DNA of 64,000 nucleotides, taken from Hyaloraphidium curvatum SAG 235-1 (lineage: Eukaryota; Fungi; Monoblepharomycota). Position 1 is the stretch's first letter; every line of letters starts with the position of its first letter. Positions 36,460 through 47,132 of this stretch are shown piece after piece. The stretch covers positions 248,001-312,000 of the forward strand of contig JAIVFI010000038.1 of NCBI GenBank assembly GCA_025558095.1, read 5' to 3'. The position numbers were made by a program, and so were the translations under genes. Under the pieces are notes generated by a model. That model had not been told where the DNA came from. It searched no databases and saw nothing but the letters and a program-made list of their open reading frames with translations.

Positions 36460-37722
36460 ATGTCGGACGCACCGCCGAGCAAGAAGCTCGACCTGCCGGG
36501 CCTGAAGTCGTTCCTGTCGGGCGGCTTCGGCGGGATGTGCCTCGTCGCCGTCGGCCACCCGTTCGACCTGATCAAGTGGGTGGCCCCGGCGCCCTCTCCG
36601 TCCCGCAGCAGCCTTGTCACCGCCGGGTTTCTTCTCCTCCCTATTCATCTTTCGCCGCCGGCCGCCCCCCGCGTTCCCCAGGGTCCGGCTGCAGACCGCC
36701 GCCCCCGGCACCTACACCGGCATCATGGACGTCGTGTCAAAGGCCATCAAGGCCGACGGCATGCTCGGGCTGTACCGCGGCGTCATCCCTCCCCTGCTCG
36801 GCATCACCCCGTGGGTGCCCTCGCGCAGCCGCCGGGATGGGCGGGCGGGGCGCTGATCCTTTTCGGGGTCCTCCCTCGCGCTCCGCAGGGTCTTTGCGCT
36901 CGTGTTCTGGGGCTATGATATCGGCACCCGCATCGTCCGCTCGGTCTACAAGAAGGTGCGGCCTACCGTCGGCCCGCTTCCCGTCGGCCCCGCTCACCCG
37001 CCCCGGTGATCCCCCTCGCAACCCCCGCCACCCCACAGCCGGCGCCGGAAACCCTCACCACCTTCGAAATCTCCCAGGCCGGCTTCATCTCCGCCATCCC
37101 CGCGACCGCCCTGATGGCCCCCATGGAGCGCATCAAGGTGCTCCTCCAGATGCCCAACTCCCCCTACAAGACCATCGCGCAGGCCACCTCGGCCGCGTGG
37201 GCCGAGGGCGGCATCTCGTCGCTGTTCCGCGGGACCACGGCGACGCTGCTCCGCGACGGGCCGGCCAGCATGGCCTGGTTCGCCACGTACGAGGTGGTCA
37301 AGAAGATGCTGCAGCCCAAGGACGGCACCCTGAGCCCCGGCGCCATCCTGTTTGCCGGCGGCATGGCGGGCATTGCCAACTGGACCGTCGCCATCGTGGG
37401 CTTCCGCCGTGCCGCGTCTTGGAGGACTTTTTGTTGACCTTTCGCGGCGCAGCCCCCGGACGTCGTCAAGTCCCGCCTTCAGACTGCCCCCGCGGGCACG
37501 TACAAGGGCATCGTGGACTGCACCGTCAAGACGGTGGCCGAGGGCGGCCCGCAGGCCCTGTTCAAGGGCCTGGGACCTGCCATGCTCCGTGCCTTCCCCG
37601 GTAAGGCCTCCCCTCGCGTGCCGGGTACGATCAAAGGGCTGATCCCGGACCGTTTGACAGCCAACGCGGCCAACTTCCTCGGCGTCGAGGTCTCGCGCAA
37701 GTTCCTGGACAAGTTTATGTGA
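36460..37722 (+). CDS. Mitochondrial carrier, carnitine/acylcarnitine (CRC1/SLC25A20)-like, multi-exon
   Basis: SFLSGGFGGMCLVAVGHPFDLIK|VRLQT, PMERIKVLLQ, PDVVKSRLQT, RAFP|ANAA. Confidence 0.92.
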
Positions 37723-38005
37723 AGACGAGAAGATCTAGAGCCCGAATGTAATGGGAGACTGAATCTAGAGTACGTGCTGAACGCGGGAGCGTCGCGCGGT
37801 GCCCATCACGACGAATCGTCCGGCGGCTGCCGGTTCCATGTTGCTACCTCGTCGGCTGCGATTCTCCGCCGTCGACGTTCCCCCCGCGTGGCGGCACTGG
37901 CTACGCGATCCGACCGCGGGCCCTGCACAGCGCCCTCTCCACCCGTCGAAGCTCGCGCCCCCGAATCGCGGAGTTAACACCGCCAAACCCGGCCCCCGCG
38001 CAAAG

Positions 38006-38577
38006 ATGGTCTGGATCAGCGTCGACGTGGAGGCCGACGGCCCGTGCCCCGGGGAGTATTCGATGGTCTCCCTCGGCGCGGTCGTCGTCGAGCCCGGGCT
38101 GTCGCGGACGTTCAGGGGCGAGCTGAGGCCGGTCTCGGACAAATACGTGGAGGAGGCGCTCAAGGCGTGCGATCTGACGCGGGAGCAAACGATGGGGTTC
38201 CCGGACGCGAAGGAGACCATGGAAGCGTTCGCCAAGTGGGTCGTGGAGGTCTCTGGCAAAGGGAGGCCCATGTTCGTCTCCGACAACAACGGGTGCGTCC
38301 TGCGCCCGCCTGGAGCCAGCCTCATTCTGACGCCGGCGGCAGATTCGACTGGATGTTCGTCAACTACTACCTGCACCGCTTCACCGGCTCCAACCCCTTC
38401 GGCCACTCGAGCACCAACCTCGGCTCCCTCTACAAGGGCATGCAGAAGGACTGCTTCGCCACGTTCAAGCACCTCCGGGACACGCCGCACACGCACGACC
38501 CGCTGGACGACGCGAGGGGCAACGCCGAGGCGCTGCTCAAGATGAAGGGCATGGGCCTCCGGATCCGGCTCGATTGA
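38006..38577 (+). CDS. DEDDh 3'-5' exoribonuclease, Rv2179c/RNase AS (DUF5051)-like, 2 exons
   Basis: SVDVEADGP.PG.YSM, SDNNG|FDWMF, NPFGHSS, HTHDPLDDARGNAEAL; single intron ~38293-38343. Confidence 0.85.
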
Positions 38578-38641
38578 GCGCCGGGCGACGGCAAGGGGGC
38601 CGCGGGCGCCCGCTTTTTCCGCTCCCGCCCGGAACGAGGGG

Positions 38642-39430
38642 CTACGCCGCCGCGGCAACCACCCCTCCCACCCCTCCCGCCCCGAGCGCCCTCGCCAGCC
38701 CCTCCCTCTCCCCCCTCCCGACCGTGACCAAGTACACCCCCCTGCCCTCCCCACTCCAGGCAACGACCACCACCCCGGTCTTCCCCGCCGGCCTCGCCGG
38801 GCCCGCCCGCAGCGACACCGGGCGCGCTCCCGCCGAGGGGGGGAGGAAGAGCAGCCACGGGGGTTCCGAGCGGGAGCGGAGGACGCGGAGGAGGAAGCGG
38901 CCGAGGGGGAGCCACGGGGGCGAGTGCGGGGATGAGGAGTGCAGCGCGCAGGGCGCGTGGAAGAGCGTCCGCGTGCCGGGCGGCAGGTGGGGGAGGCTCG
39001 CGGGGGCCGATGCCGGCGCGGCGTAAACGCAGCGTTCGGCCCGAGGAGAAGTCCGCCGCGACAAAGCATGATTTCCGGCGTCCGAGCGCGGGGAAATCGG
39101 CCGGTCATGTCCCGCGCCTTCCGGGCCTAGCGGAGGCGTGCTCCGCGGAGTCGGCAGGCCCTCCCGGCCCCCATCCCTCCGCCCGTGCGCCATCGCGTCC
39201 GCTTCCGCCGCATCGGAAGTCCGCTCCGGTTCCTCCTCCGGCCCGTCGCCGGCGTCGGAAAGACGGAGGGCGGCGAACAGCGAAGACAACTCCGCCAGCG
39301 CCGCCGCGCCCTCCCCCCCTTCCGGTCCGCCGTCCCCGCGCGGCACAACCGGTGGAGGCCACCATGCCGCCACGTGGAGCAGGAGGGCGGCAGCGACCGC
39401 GAGGACGGGGATGACGGGGCGGTCCTCCAT
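38642..39430 (-). CDS. Hypothetical protein (N-terminal hydrophobic segment, possible beta-rich C-terminal domain)
   Basis: ATG-initiated 262-aa ORF lying between two recognised genes. Confidence 0.4.
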   Translation of the reverse strand: MEDRPVIPVLAVAAALLLHVAAWWPPPVVPRGDGGPEGGEGAAALAELSSLFAALRLSDAGDGPEEEPERTSDAAEADAMAHGRRDGGREGLPTPRSTPPLGPEGAGHDRPISPRSDAGNHALSRRTSPRAERCVYAAPASAPASLPHLPPGTRTLFHAPCALHSSSPHSPPWLPLGRFLLRVLRSRSEPPWLLFLPPSAGARPVSLRAGPARPAGKTGVVVVAWSGEGRGVYLVTVGRGEREGLARALGAGGVGGVVAAAA

Positions 39431-39508
39431 GGCCGGGCGGGGATGCAGTTTCTGAGACGCCGCGGTGGCGCGCGCGCAGGGGAAATGGGACCGGGTCGAG
39501 CTCGTTCG

Positions 39509-40570
39509 CTACGGCGGCACCAAGCCGATCCTGAGCAACCTTACATCCGGCGGCGCGCCCCCCGGGGGGTCGTCGGGGTGCCAGAACAGCCTCGGCGCCG
39601 CGGCGAACCCGTCCACCTCCCGCACGTCCAAGCCCGCGCCGGCCAGGGCGGAAATCAGCCCGGCGTGGGTCGAGGGGTTGCGCACCGTCGATGCGACGTA
39701 GGCTTCGGCGTCGGACGAGAGGCGGAGGAGGCCGGCGATGGCGGCGGCGAGGGGTGGGAGTGCGGAGAGCTCGTAGGCGACGTCGGCGGCCAGCACCGTC
39801 AGCGGGCCGTCCACGGCGAGCGCGGGCGGGCGGGACCAGTCCAGCTCGGCCACGTCGACGGCGGCGGAGATGATGGGCGCGTTGAGCCGCGCGTTGTCGG
39901 CCAGGCGGTCCAGCACGTTCGGGTCGCCGTCGGTCAGGATCGCACGGCCGCCTTGGGGAAGCAAGCGCGCGGCGGAAAGGCCCAGCAGCCCACAGCCGGC
40001 GCCGAGCTCCACCACCGTCCCTCCCTTTTCCACCAATCTGGCCACGGGATCGCCCCCGGCGGCCAGGTGCTCCACGAAGCGGAGGCACGCCTCCCACGTC
40101 CTCAAGCCTGTCGTGCCCAGGCGCGCGATCGTGCCGCGCGGGTCCTCGAGGATGCGGAGGGCGCAGGGCGGGTCGGGGAGGAGGTACCATCGCTCCGCGA
40201 GCGCGTCCGGTGGGGGCGCGGGCGCGCCGAGCAGCGCGGTCGAGAGGTCGCCGAGGAGGTCGAGCGCGGCGTCGTCGGGTTCGGCGGAGCGGCGCTCGCA
40301 GGCCGCGACGAGGTGCCGCAGGATGCGCTGCACGTGCAAGGAGAAGCCGGGCGAGGTCGAGGTGCCGCCGCGGAGGGCGAGCGCGGTGCTGCAGGCGGCG
40401 GCCAACCCCCGCTGGCCAGCGGTGTCCGGCGCGCCATCGGCCCCCGCCGCCCCCCCGGCGCCGGCCGCCGCCCCCCCAACGGAGACCGCGAGGGACACGA
40501 CGTGCTGAGGAGGCGCCTCCTGGAGGACCGCAGTCAGCAACGCCGCGTCGACGCCCGCTCCAAACTCCAT
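39509..40570 (-). CDS. Protein-lysine N-methyltransferase, EEF2KMT/FAM86/Efm3-like (family 16)
   Basis: GTTGLRTWEAC, VVELGAGCGLLG, LTDGD, ELDW, LAADVAY, ASTVRNPST. Confidence 0.85.
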   Translation of the reverse strand: MEFGAGVDAALLTAVLQEAPPQHVVSLAVSVGGAAAGAGGAAGADGAPDTAGQRGLAAACSTALALRGGTSTSPGFSLHVQRILRHLVAACERRSAEPDDAALDLLGDLSTALLGAPAPPPDALAERWYLLPDPPCALRILEDPRGTIARLGTTGLRTWEACLRFVEHLAAGGDPVARLVEKGGTVVELGAGCGLLGLSAARLLPQGGRAILTDGDPNVLDRLADNARLNAPIISAAVDVAELDWSRPPALAVDGPLTVLAADVAYELSALPPLAAAIAGLLRLSSDAEAYVASTVRNPSTHAGLISALAGAGLDVREVDGFAAAPRLFWHPDDPPGGAPPDVRLLRIGLVPP

Positions 40571-40651
40571 GCCGCTTTTGAGACGCGCGATCAATCAATC
40601 GCGCGATACGTCTTGTGACCCCCGGACTCCCCCCATGCCGCGCCCGCCCTG

Positions 40652-41338
40652 ATGGCAGCCGACCCGGCCGCCGACCCCTCGCCCCCCGGTGCGGGTGCCG
40701 CCGGGGGTCTGGTCCCCGTGCGGCTGTCGCTGCGCCCGTCGCCGCCGCCCTCCCCCCCCGGCCATGTGACCGTCTCCACCTCCCTCGACGGCTTCTCCGC
40801 CCCCCTCCCCCTCCTCCCCTCCCCCACGGACCCCTCCCTGTTCACCTGCATCGCCCACCTTCCCCCCGGCCGGCACCTGCGCCTGCGCTTCCTCGTCTCG
40901 GGCCGCCCCGCCCTCTCCGACCTGCTCGGCCGCGCGCCGGACGGCCTCGGCGGGTGGGACAACGTGCTGTGGGTCGACCCCGCGGGAATCTCCTCCCCTT
41001 CGGGCGCAGGGGGGTGGGTGCACGACCGGTGGGAGGACTTTGTCGTGCTGGACAGGGTCGGCGCGCTGCAGCTGGACGAGTACGAGGGCGGGGTGGAGAC
41101 GGCGAGCGATGCGAGCTGGGAGGATCTCGGGGATGGGGAGGGAGGGGAGGAGAAGGGGAAGGGAGGGGGGGAGGCGCCAAAGGGGAAGCCGATCCCCCGG
41201 CCGCCCGAGAAGCCCGCGGACCCGGCGCACCTGGGCTCGTCCGGGCGCACGGCGGTGTTCGGCGCGGACAGGGCGACGGGGTACCTGGACGACGGGATCG
41301 CGTTCGAGGGCGAAGGGGGGGAGGCGCCGCAGGCGTGA
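40652..41338 (+). CDS. Hypothetical protein with a possible CBM48/AMPK-beta-like carbohydrate-binding domain
   Basis: VTVSTSLDGF...LPL...FTCIAHLPPG...RFLVSG...DGLGGWDNVLWV resembles the CBM48 pattern. Confidence 0.5.
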   Translation: MAADPAADPSPPGAGAAGGLVPVRLSLRPSPPPSPPGHVTVSTSLDGFSAPLPLLPSPTDPSLFTCIAHLPPGRHLRLRFLVSGRPALSDLLGRAPDGLGGWDNVLWVDPAGISSPSGAGGWVHDRWEDFVVLDRVGALQLDEYEGGVETASDASWEDLGDGEGGEEKGKGGGEAPKGKPIPRPPEKPADPAHLGSSGRTAVFGADRATGYLDDGIAFEGEGGEAPQA

Positions 41339-41949
41339 TGCCGTGGGAAGGGGGATCTCGGATCGGGCGAGGCGACGACACGGACGGCTCGGAGGGTCCG
41401 GCTCGAGGTGGCCGGCGCGTGCATTTGGCTTGATTGCAGTTGACTTGAGGGCGAGGAGCGCGGTGCGAGGAGTAGATTGATGGTAGTTCGATTCCATTGC
41501 TTATCCGGATCGTTGGATTGTAGGTAGCCGATTAGCTGATCATGAACAGGATTAGTTGATGCAGAGCAACCGGATCTGTCTGCCGTGTCCAGATCTAGAT
41601 CCGTTCTGGTACTTCAACGAGTCGTACGAGGCCGGGGTGGCTGGCAACCTCGATGGTCTCCAGTTGGGGCCCTTCTACACAACCCTCAGTGGGCAAAACC
41701 CCCGCCTGCACGAAATCAAGCCCTTCCAAGCAAGCTTGATGAAGAAGAAGTAGACATGTACATTCCGAAGGGAATGGTGATCGCAAGCACATATCTTCCA
41801 TTCATCCTGCTTCGGTGTCTTCCGCGGCCCACGCCACAATCTCCCCCATGATCCCCTCCGCCTGCCTTCAACCGGTACTGCTCCAAGGCGTGCCCAGGCG
41901 GAGGCCTGGGCGGCCCTCCATCCACTGACCACCTGCCCGGGACAGACGG

Positions 41950-43326
41950 TCATCCTTGCCCCCCGCCGGGACACACGCTCTCCACCGTCACCCCGATCCC
42001 CGCCCCGCGGAGCACGCTCCACAGCCCGATTCCCACCGTGAGCATCGTCGCCGCCGCCGTGCGCACGACGGCGAAGGTGACGGGGACCCCGAACGCGCGC
42101 GCCTGGAACTCGCGGGTGCGGGAGAGCGATTCGAGCATCCCCACGTGCAGCCCGATGGCATGCGAGGCGGAGGGGTCGGGGGAGCGGAAGGAGAGGCCGC
42201 GGAGCTGCAATGCGGCCGAGGCGTAGAGCTTGCCGACGCGGGCGGGCTCCAGGTTGGCGGCCGCGACGGCGGCGAGGTCCCCGAGGAAGTACAGGAGCAT
42301 GAGGAGGAAGGCGGCCAGGTGCCCCGCGTTGACGCAGCCGGCTCCGAACATGCCCACGCACACCGCCGCGGCTTCGGCGAGGGTGCCGGTGGCGTTGAGG
42401 AAGCGCGCACCCAGGGCGGCGGCGAACCGCTGCCGCCAGGACGCCGCGAGCGCGGCGTGCAGAGCGACGTAGGGTTCCTCCTCCGCGGGGAGCGGGGCAG
42501 CCTTGTCCGGCCCGGGGGAGGCGACGACGCGGTCCATGCGCGCGAGGAGGGCATCCAGGCACAGGGCAACGGCGCGGATGCGGAGGCGCAGGTCCAGCCG
42601 GAGGACGGCGGGGTTGGAAACCGTCGCGGCAAAGCCCAGGGCGTTGACGAATAAGTAGAAGGTCAGGTAGGCGAGACACAGGGCGCAGAGGGCGGCGGAC
42701 CAGGGCGTGGTCCACGTGGAGGAGGCAAAGGTGACCAGGCCCGTCCAGTTGAACAGCGCCGAGTTGATGAAGTTGTACACGACCGCGGTGCTGAGGAAGC
42801 CGGCGACCGGGAGCACGGCCAGCGAGTGGCGGATCCCGCCGGCGCAGGCGGGCAGGGGGCAGGGGCACAGGTCGTCGTCCGGGTCGTGGTCCAGCAGCCT
42901 CTGCGGTGGCCGATCCGCGTCGGGCGAGGCGGCCCACGCGTCCGCGAGCTGCCTGTACCGCGCGAGGCCGGCCAGCTGGTTGTTGTCGCACAGATGGCCC
43001 TCGTCGGGCAGGAACTTTGGTGCGCCGCGGCCGGGGACCCGGCCGCGCAGGTTCGGGACCATCCACAGGAGCGCCGCGAGCACGAACTGGGCGGTCGACG
43101 TCGCCAGCTGGCGCGTGCCGAAGCGGCCGTCGTTGAAGACCCACGGCAGCACGGAGAGGAGTGCCGAGGCGGCCACGGCCGCGCCGGCGCGGGCCGCGAG
43201 CGTGCGCGACGTCCACAGCCGGATCCGCAGGTCGGCCGCGGTGAACGCCGCGAGCACCGGCGTCGGTCGCAGCGCCGCGGCAAGGGCCGCCGGCGTCAGA
43301 GGGCGCGCGGCTCGCGCCTCGGCGCC
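41950..43326 (-). pseudogene. 3' portion of a multi-pass membrane protein gene interrupted by the retroelement
   Basis: 435-aa ORF with several TM segments and no ATG until ~70 codons in. Its frame continues upstream to PGAEARAARPLT at the element junction. Confidence 0.65.
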
Positions 43327-46300
43327 GGGAGGTGGGCCGCGACGCCAAGAGCCCAGGCCACCGCGATCCGTGCGCGGAAGCGCCGCACAAAACGAGAGTA
43401 AAGGCCATCGAGGTCCACGGGCTGCCCATCGCGGCCGACGATCCCGGGATACTGGATGCGCCCCAGCTCCGAGGAGAAGCGCGAGAAAGGGGCAGAGACA
43501 GCGCTGTACGAATCAAAAGCAAGCACGATCAGAGGGTAGAAGTTGGCGTGGAAGACGAAACGGGAGTAGTCCTTCCTGGCGGCCTCGACCCGCCGTTCGA
43601 CTGCGTGGCCCGGGACCGAGAAGACCAGGCCCGTGGGCAAATGGGCCATAGAGGTGAGGGTCTTGATCTCGAGCAACCACCGTTTCCGGGTGTCGCGGTG
43701 CGTGATGAGAATGTCGCCAAGGCGGCCAGCATCCGCAGGCGTGGGCGGGGTGACAGGCTCGTAGCCATGCGCAAGGAGGTTTGGCGGCATGGGGTGCACG
43801 CGGAGGAGCGGGATGGAGCGAAGCGCCGCGCGGATGGCCGCGCAAATGTCGTCGTGACCAGGACTGAAGAGAGCCCGGCCATAGCAGCCCGAGAACGCGT
43901 GCTCCCCCGTCAGCGACATGGCCGATCGCTTGCAGCCCCGCCGGCAGGGCAAGGAAAGACCAGGGTAGTCGGCCTCGTGCAGGAGCGGGAGGCAAAGCCG
44001 GAAGCGTACAAGTAAGCGGAAAAAGTGGTTGCGAATGTGGTTGGCAAGCAGCGCGGGAGAGGCAGGCAGGAAAGCCGACAGGCCGTCCTGCGCCTGGACG
44101 AGCCGCTTGCGGCGCTCCAGACCAGCGGAAGTGTCGGGTGGCAAGGCAATCAGAGCCGCGAGGCGGCGCTGGTCCTCGAGACGCGTAAGGTCGCTCTGCA
44201 GGCCGTGCCAGACCGGCTGAGCGAAGAAACTGGCGTCCGCAGGGAGCGTACGGCGGGCGGGCGCGGCGCCCACCGGTTGCCCAGCACGCGCAGCCTCGGC
44301 GTACGCTGCGGCCGTGTCATCCTCGACACGCTCAAAGGCGGGGCCGAGGGCCTCGATGACGGGAACCAGTTCCCGCACGTGCTCCACGCCCACACCCCTG
44401 GCCGAGGTTCGAAGACCAAGCATGGCGTCCAAGGGGCCCGCCATGAGGTTGAGTGAAGACAGGTAAGCCGCCGAGGCCACCTTCTCCGATGACAGAAGCC
44501 CCATCCCCGAGTAGTGCAGACCCAAGAATACCTGCTCCCGCACAGTCCGACCCTCCACCGACAGCGGATCCAGATCCTCGGCCCGATCTCCCAGCAAGCG
44601 CAAGAAGGTGGTGAAAAGCGCGTCGTCAAGACGTCGAGCAAAGGGTGGGGTAACCGAGGGGGGGAGAATGCGGAGCCAAAACGAGAAGAGCTGGGTCACA
44701 CAGAGACGGAGGAGGGAGTACAGGCCCTGGAGGGAGGGGATGTCGGCCGGCATGGCGTAGCCGAGCGCGGCGCGCTCGATTTCATCGAGAAGAGCGGCAA
44801 TGGAGTCGATCGTGGCCGCGAGGAACGACTCCACATAGGCAGGGGTGCCGACCGGGGCACCTACCACCTTGAGGCCGCACGAGCGAGCGAAGTCAGGCGA
44901 GCCCGGGGCCGACGCCGTGGCATGCACCTCGGGGTCGGCCTCGTGAGGCGGGAAGCCAGCGACGCGGATGTTGTGGGCCGCACCGGCCGCGCGCACCCGC
45001 TCCAGCACGGCCGGGTTCGTCGAGAGCGAAAGCAGGTAGCTCTTGTCCGGGCGGTGGGTCATGCCGAGGGAAGAAAGGCCGTCACGCACCTCTCCCAGGA
45101 CGGCCATGACCGAGTCCAGCGGCCCGACCACGGTGAGGTCGTCGAGGTACCCAAGGATGAGGCAGTCGGGGTGCCCAGAGCGGATGGGCCGCAGCATGCG
45201 GCTCATGGCGCAGGAGAAGATGGCAGACGACAGCGGGTCGCCCTGGATGTTGCCCTCGTACATGGTGATCCGGAAAAGGAGCTCCGCCGAGCGCCGGTCG
45301 CGGAAGTAGGCGTGGGAAGGGCGCGAGTAAACGAGGTTGTAGTACGGGATAAGCTGAGGCACCTGGCGGACCACCTCGCGCGCGAAGAGGCGGCGCAGCG
45401 TATTGAAGGCGTTCCTAGAGTCGACCTTCATGACGACGTGGTCGGGGAAGGCCGCCAGCCACGCGTTCACCGCGTGGGCGGTCGCCTCCGCGCCCCCGTC
45501 CACCCCGTGACCCAGGTCCTCCTGCTGTTGGAGCTTCCTCAGAAGAGCCTTGTGCCGCACGGCCAGGTACGAGCCCGCGAGCCGCGTGATGCCCTCCATA
45601 ATGCCAATCGGCCGGAGCCCCCCCTCCGGCTTGAGCAGAGGGACGAGGATTTGATCCGTGAGGAGCGGCCGGAGCATGGGGGTGTCGAGTCGGCCAGTGC
45701 ACACGCCATGCACCATGGCCGCCAGCGGGCGGAGCTTCCGCCGCGTCGCGTCGTTCTCGCAGTTGTGCACGATGAAAAGTTTGGCCATGCTGAAACCCGA
45801 CATGCCGGCCCCCACGCCGTCCTTCTTCCGGCGCAACCGGGCCCAGATGTCCTCCAGGAAAGCCGCGTCCGTGTAGGCAGGGCAGGGCGCGGGCGCGTTG
45901 GGGGGCAGAGACAGCCGACACAGCGGCTCTCCCTCCCGCGGCCCCGGGTACAGCTCCTCCAGTTCCGCCTGAAGCGTGGGCGTGAAGCCAGCCGGAACGG
46001 CCTCCCCCGAGAGGGCCGCGGACGCAGCACCAGGAGCGCCCTTCAAGGCGGCAAGCACGATGGACTTGAAGAGCTGGTAGTTGAGCGGCCGCAGCCCGTC
46101 CCGCCGCGCGCCCCGGTTGACCTGACGGGCGGCGAAGTAGTTCTGCTCGTACATGTAGTCCCCCGACATGACGTAGCCGCCAAACGCAAGGTAGGCGGTG
46201 AGAGTGCGGTGCAGGTCGGTTTCCGGTGCCGCCGGGTCCTCGTAGGCCCGTTGGAAAGACTCGCTGGCCCGGAAGGCGAGCGTGCTCCAGGTGGTGGTCC

Positions 46301-47132
46301 GGTAGCGGTGCTTCAGCGGCTCCGGCGGCGGCGCCCCCGCGCCCCCGCCCGGCGGCGGATCAGGCCCGGGACCCCCGGGTGGACCACCGTCGCCCGGGTC
46401 GCCCGGATCACCGCCGTTGCCGTGCCCGCCAGCCGCGGCGTTGCCGCCCGGCGCGCCGTCGCCGCCTGGGGGATCACCGCCGTCCGGGGCGGCACGCGCC
46501 GCCGCCGCCGCCGCCGCCAGCGCCGCCCGTTGCGCCTGGCCGTCCTGCGGGGCGTCGGCCGCAACCCGGGCGGCCGCAAGGGCCGCCATCAGCGCGGGCG
46601 CGGGTGGCGAAGCACGGGGAGATGCCGACGATGCCGCTGGTGACGCCGGTCCCTCCGCGCGTCCCGTGGCAGCCGCCCGCTCGGCACGCACGCGGTCGAG
46701 GAACTCGACGAGATCGGGTGGAAGCGAAGCTAAAGAGACGCCGAGTGGCGGGTTAGCTGCGTCCGGGTTGCACGAGGTGTGCTGTCCAGAAACACCGGCA
46801 CCAGAGGCGTTTGCGGCGTAGGGACGCCGGCAACCCCCGCACCGCGCTAGCCCCATGGCGCGCAACGCATCGGCAGACAGGCGCTGCATCGCCAACCAGT
46901 GCTCCGGGCTCCGTGTGACCCGAAGATGACCGTCCCGTTTGTTTTTGTTTGGAGTTGGCTGGAAGCGGCAACCATCAACCGGGCACTCATGGAGGCCGGG
47001 TTCAGCAGGCGCCTCCGCCATCGGCACATCGCCGTCGATGCAAGATTGGTGATGATGAGATAGAGCTCCGATGTTGGCGAAAGCTGCCGCGCAGCGGTGG
47101 CAGCTGTAAGGCAGGAGCGGCGTGCGGCTCAT
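43296..47132 (-). CDS. Retroelement ORF3: zinc fingers + reverse transcriptase + RLE endonuclease (1278 aa)
   Basis: N-terminal CxxC..H..C fingers; GGLRPIGI, KVDSRNAFN, GNIQGDPLS, GYLDDL, KVVGAPVG; C-terminal CRRGC..EHAFSGC, HDDI, GDIL..LEIK, RIAVAW. Confidence 0.95.
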   Translation of the reverse strand: MSRTPLLPYSCHRCAAAFANIGALSHHHQSCIDGDVPMAEAPAEPGLHECPVDGCRFQPTPNKNKRDGHLRVTRSPEHWLAMQRLSADALRAMGLARCGGCRRPYAANASGAGVSGQHTSCNPDAANPPLGVSLASLPPDLVEFLDRVRAERAAATGRAEGPASPAASSASPRASPPAPALMAALAAARVAADAPQDGQAQRAALAAAAAAARAAPDGGDPPGGDGAPGGNAAAGGHGNGGDPGDPGDGGPPGGPGPDPPPGGGAGAPPPEPLKHRYRTTTWSTLAFRASESFQRAYEDPAAPETDLHRTLTAYLAFGGYVMSGDYMYEQNYFAARQVNRGARRDGLRPLNYQLFKSIVLAALKGAPGAASAALSGEAVPAGFTPTLQAELEELYPGPREGEPLCRLSLPPNAPAPCPAYTDAAFLEDIWARLRRKKDGVGAGMSGFSMAKLFIVHNCENDATRRKLRPLAAMVHGVCTGRLDTPMLRPLLTDQILVPLLKPEGGLRPIGIMEGITRLAGSYLAVRHKALLRKLQQQEDLGHGVDGGAEATAHAVNAWLAAFPDHVVMKVDSRNAFNTLRRLFAREVVRQVPQLIPYYNLVYSRPSHAYFRDRRSAELLFRITMYEGNIQGDPLSSAIFSCAMSRMLRPIRSGHPDCLILGYLDDLTVVGPLDSVMAVLGEVRDGLSSLGMTHRPDKSYLLSLSTNPAVLERVRAAGAAHNIRVAGFPPHEADPEVHATASAPGSPDFARSCGLKVVGAPVGTPAYVESFLAATIDSIAALLDEIERAALGYAMPADIPSLQGLYSLLRLCVTQLFSFWLRILPPSVTPPFARRLDDALFTTFLRLLGDRAEDLDPLSVEGRTVREQVFLGLHYSGMGLLSSEKVASAAYLSSLNLMAGPLDAMLGLRTSARGVGVEHVRELVPVIEALGPAFERVEDDTAAAYAEAARAGQPVGAAPARRTLPADASFFAQPVWHGLQSDLTRLEDQRRLAALIALPPDTSAGLERRKRLVQAQDGLSAFLPASPALLANHIRNHFFRLLVRFRLCLPLLHEADYPGLSLPCRRGCKRSAMSLTGEHAFSGCYGRALFSPGHDDICAAIRAALRSIPLLRVHPMPPNLLAHGYEPVTPPTPADAGRLGDILITHRDTRKRWLLEIKTLTSMAHLPTGLVFSVPGHAVERRVEAARKDYSRFVFHANFYPLIVLAFDSYSAVSAPFSRFSSELGRIQYPGIVGRDGQPVDLDGLYSRFVRRFRARIAVAWALGVAAHLPAPRREPRAL

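Noticed and set aside
41450-41830. AT-richer intergenic patch with a 65-aa ORF (41556..41753)
   Set aside because: No recognisable motif or repeat; consistent with UTR/terminator DNA between convergent genes.
44514-46643. 709-aa plus-strand ORF antisense to the RT
   Set aside because: Shadow of GC-rich codon usage on the opposite strand; no motifs and a non-ATG start.
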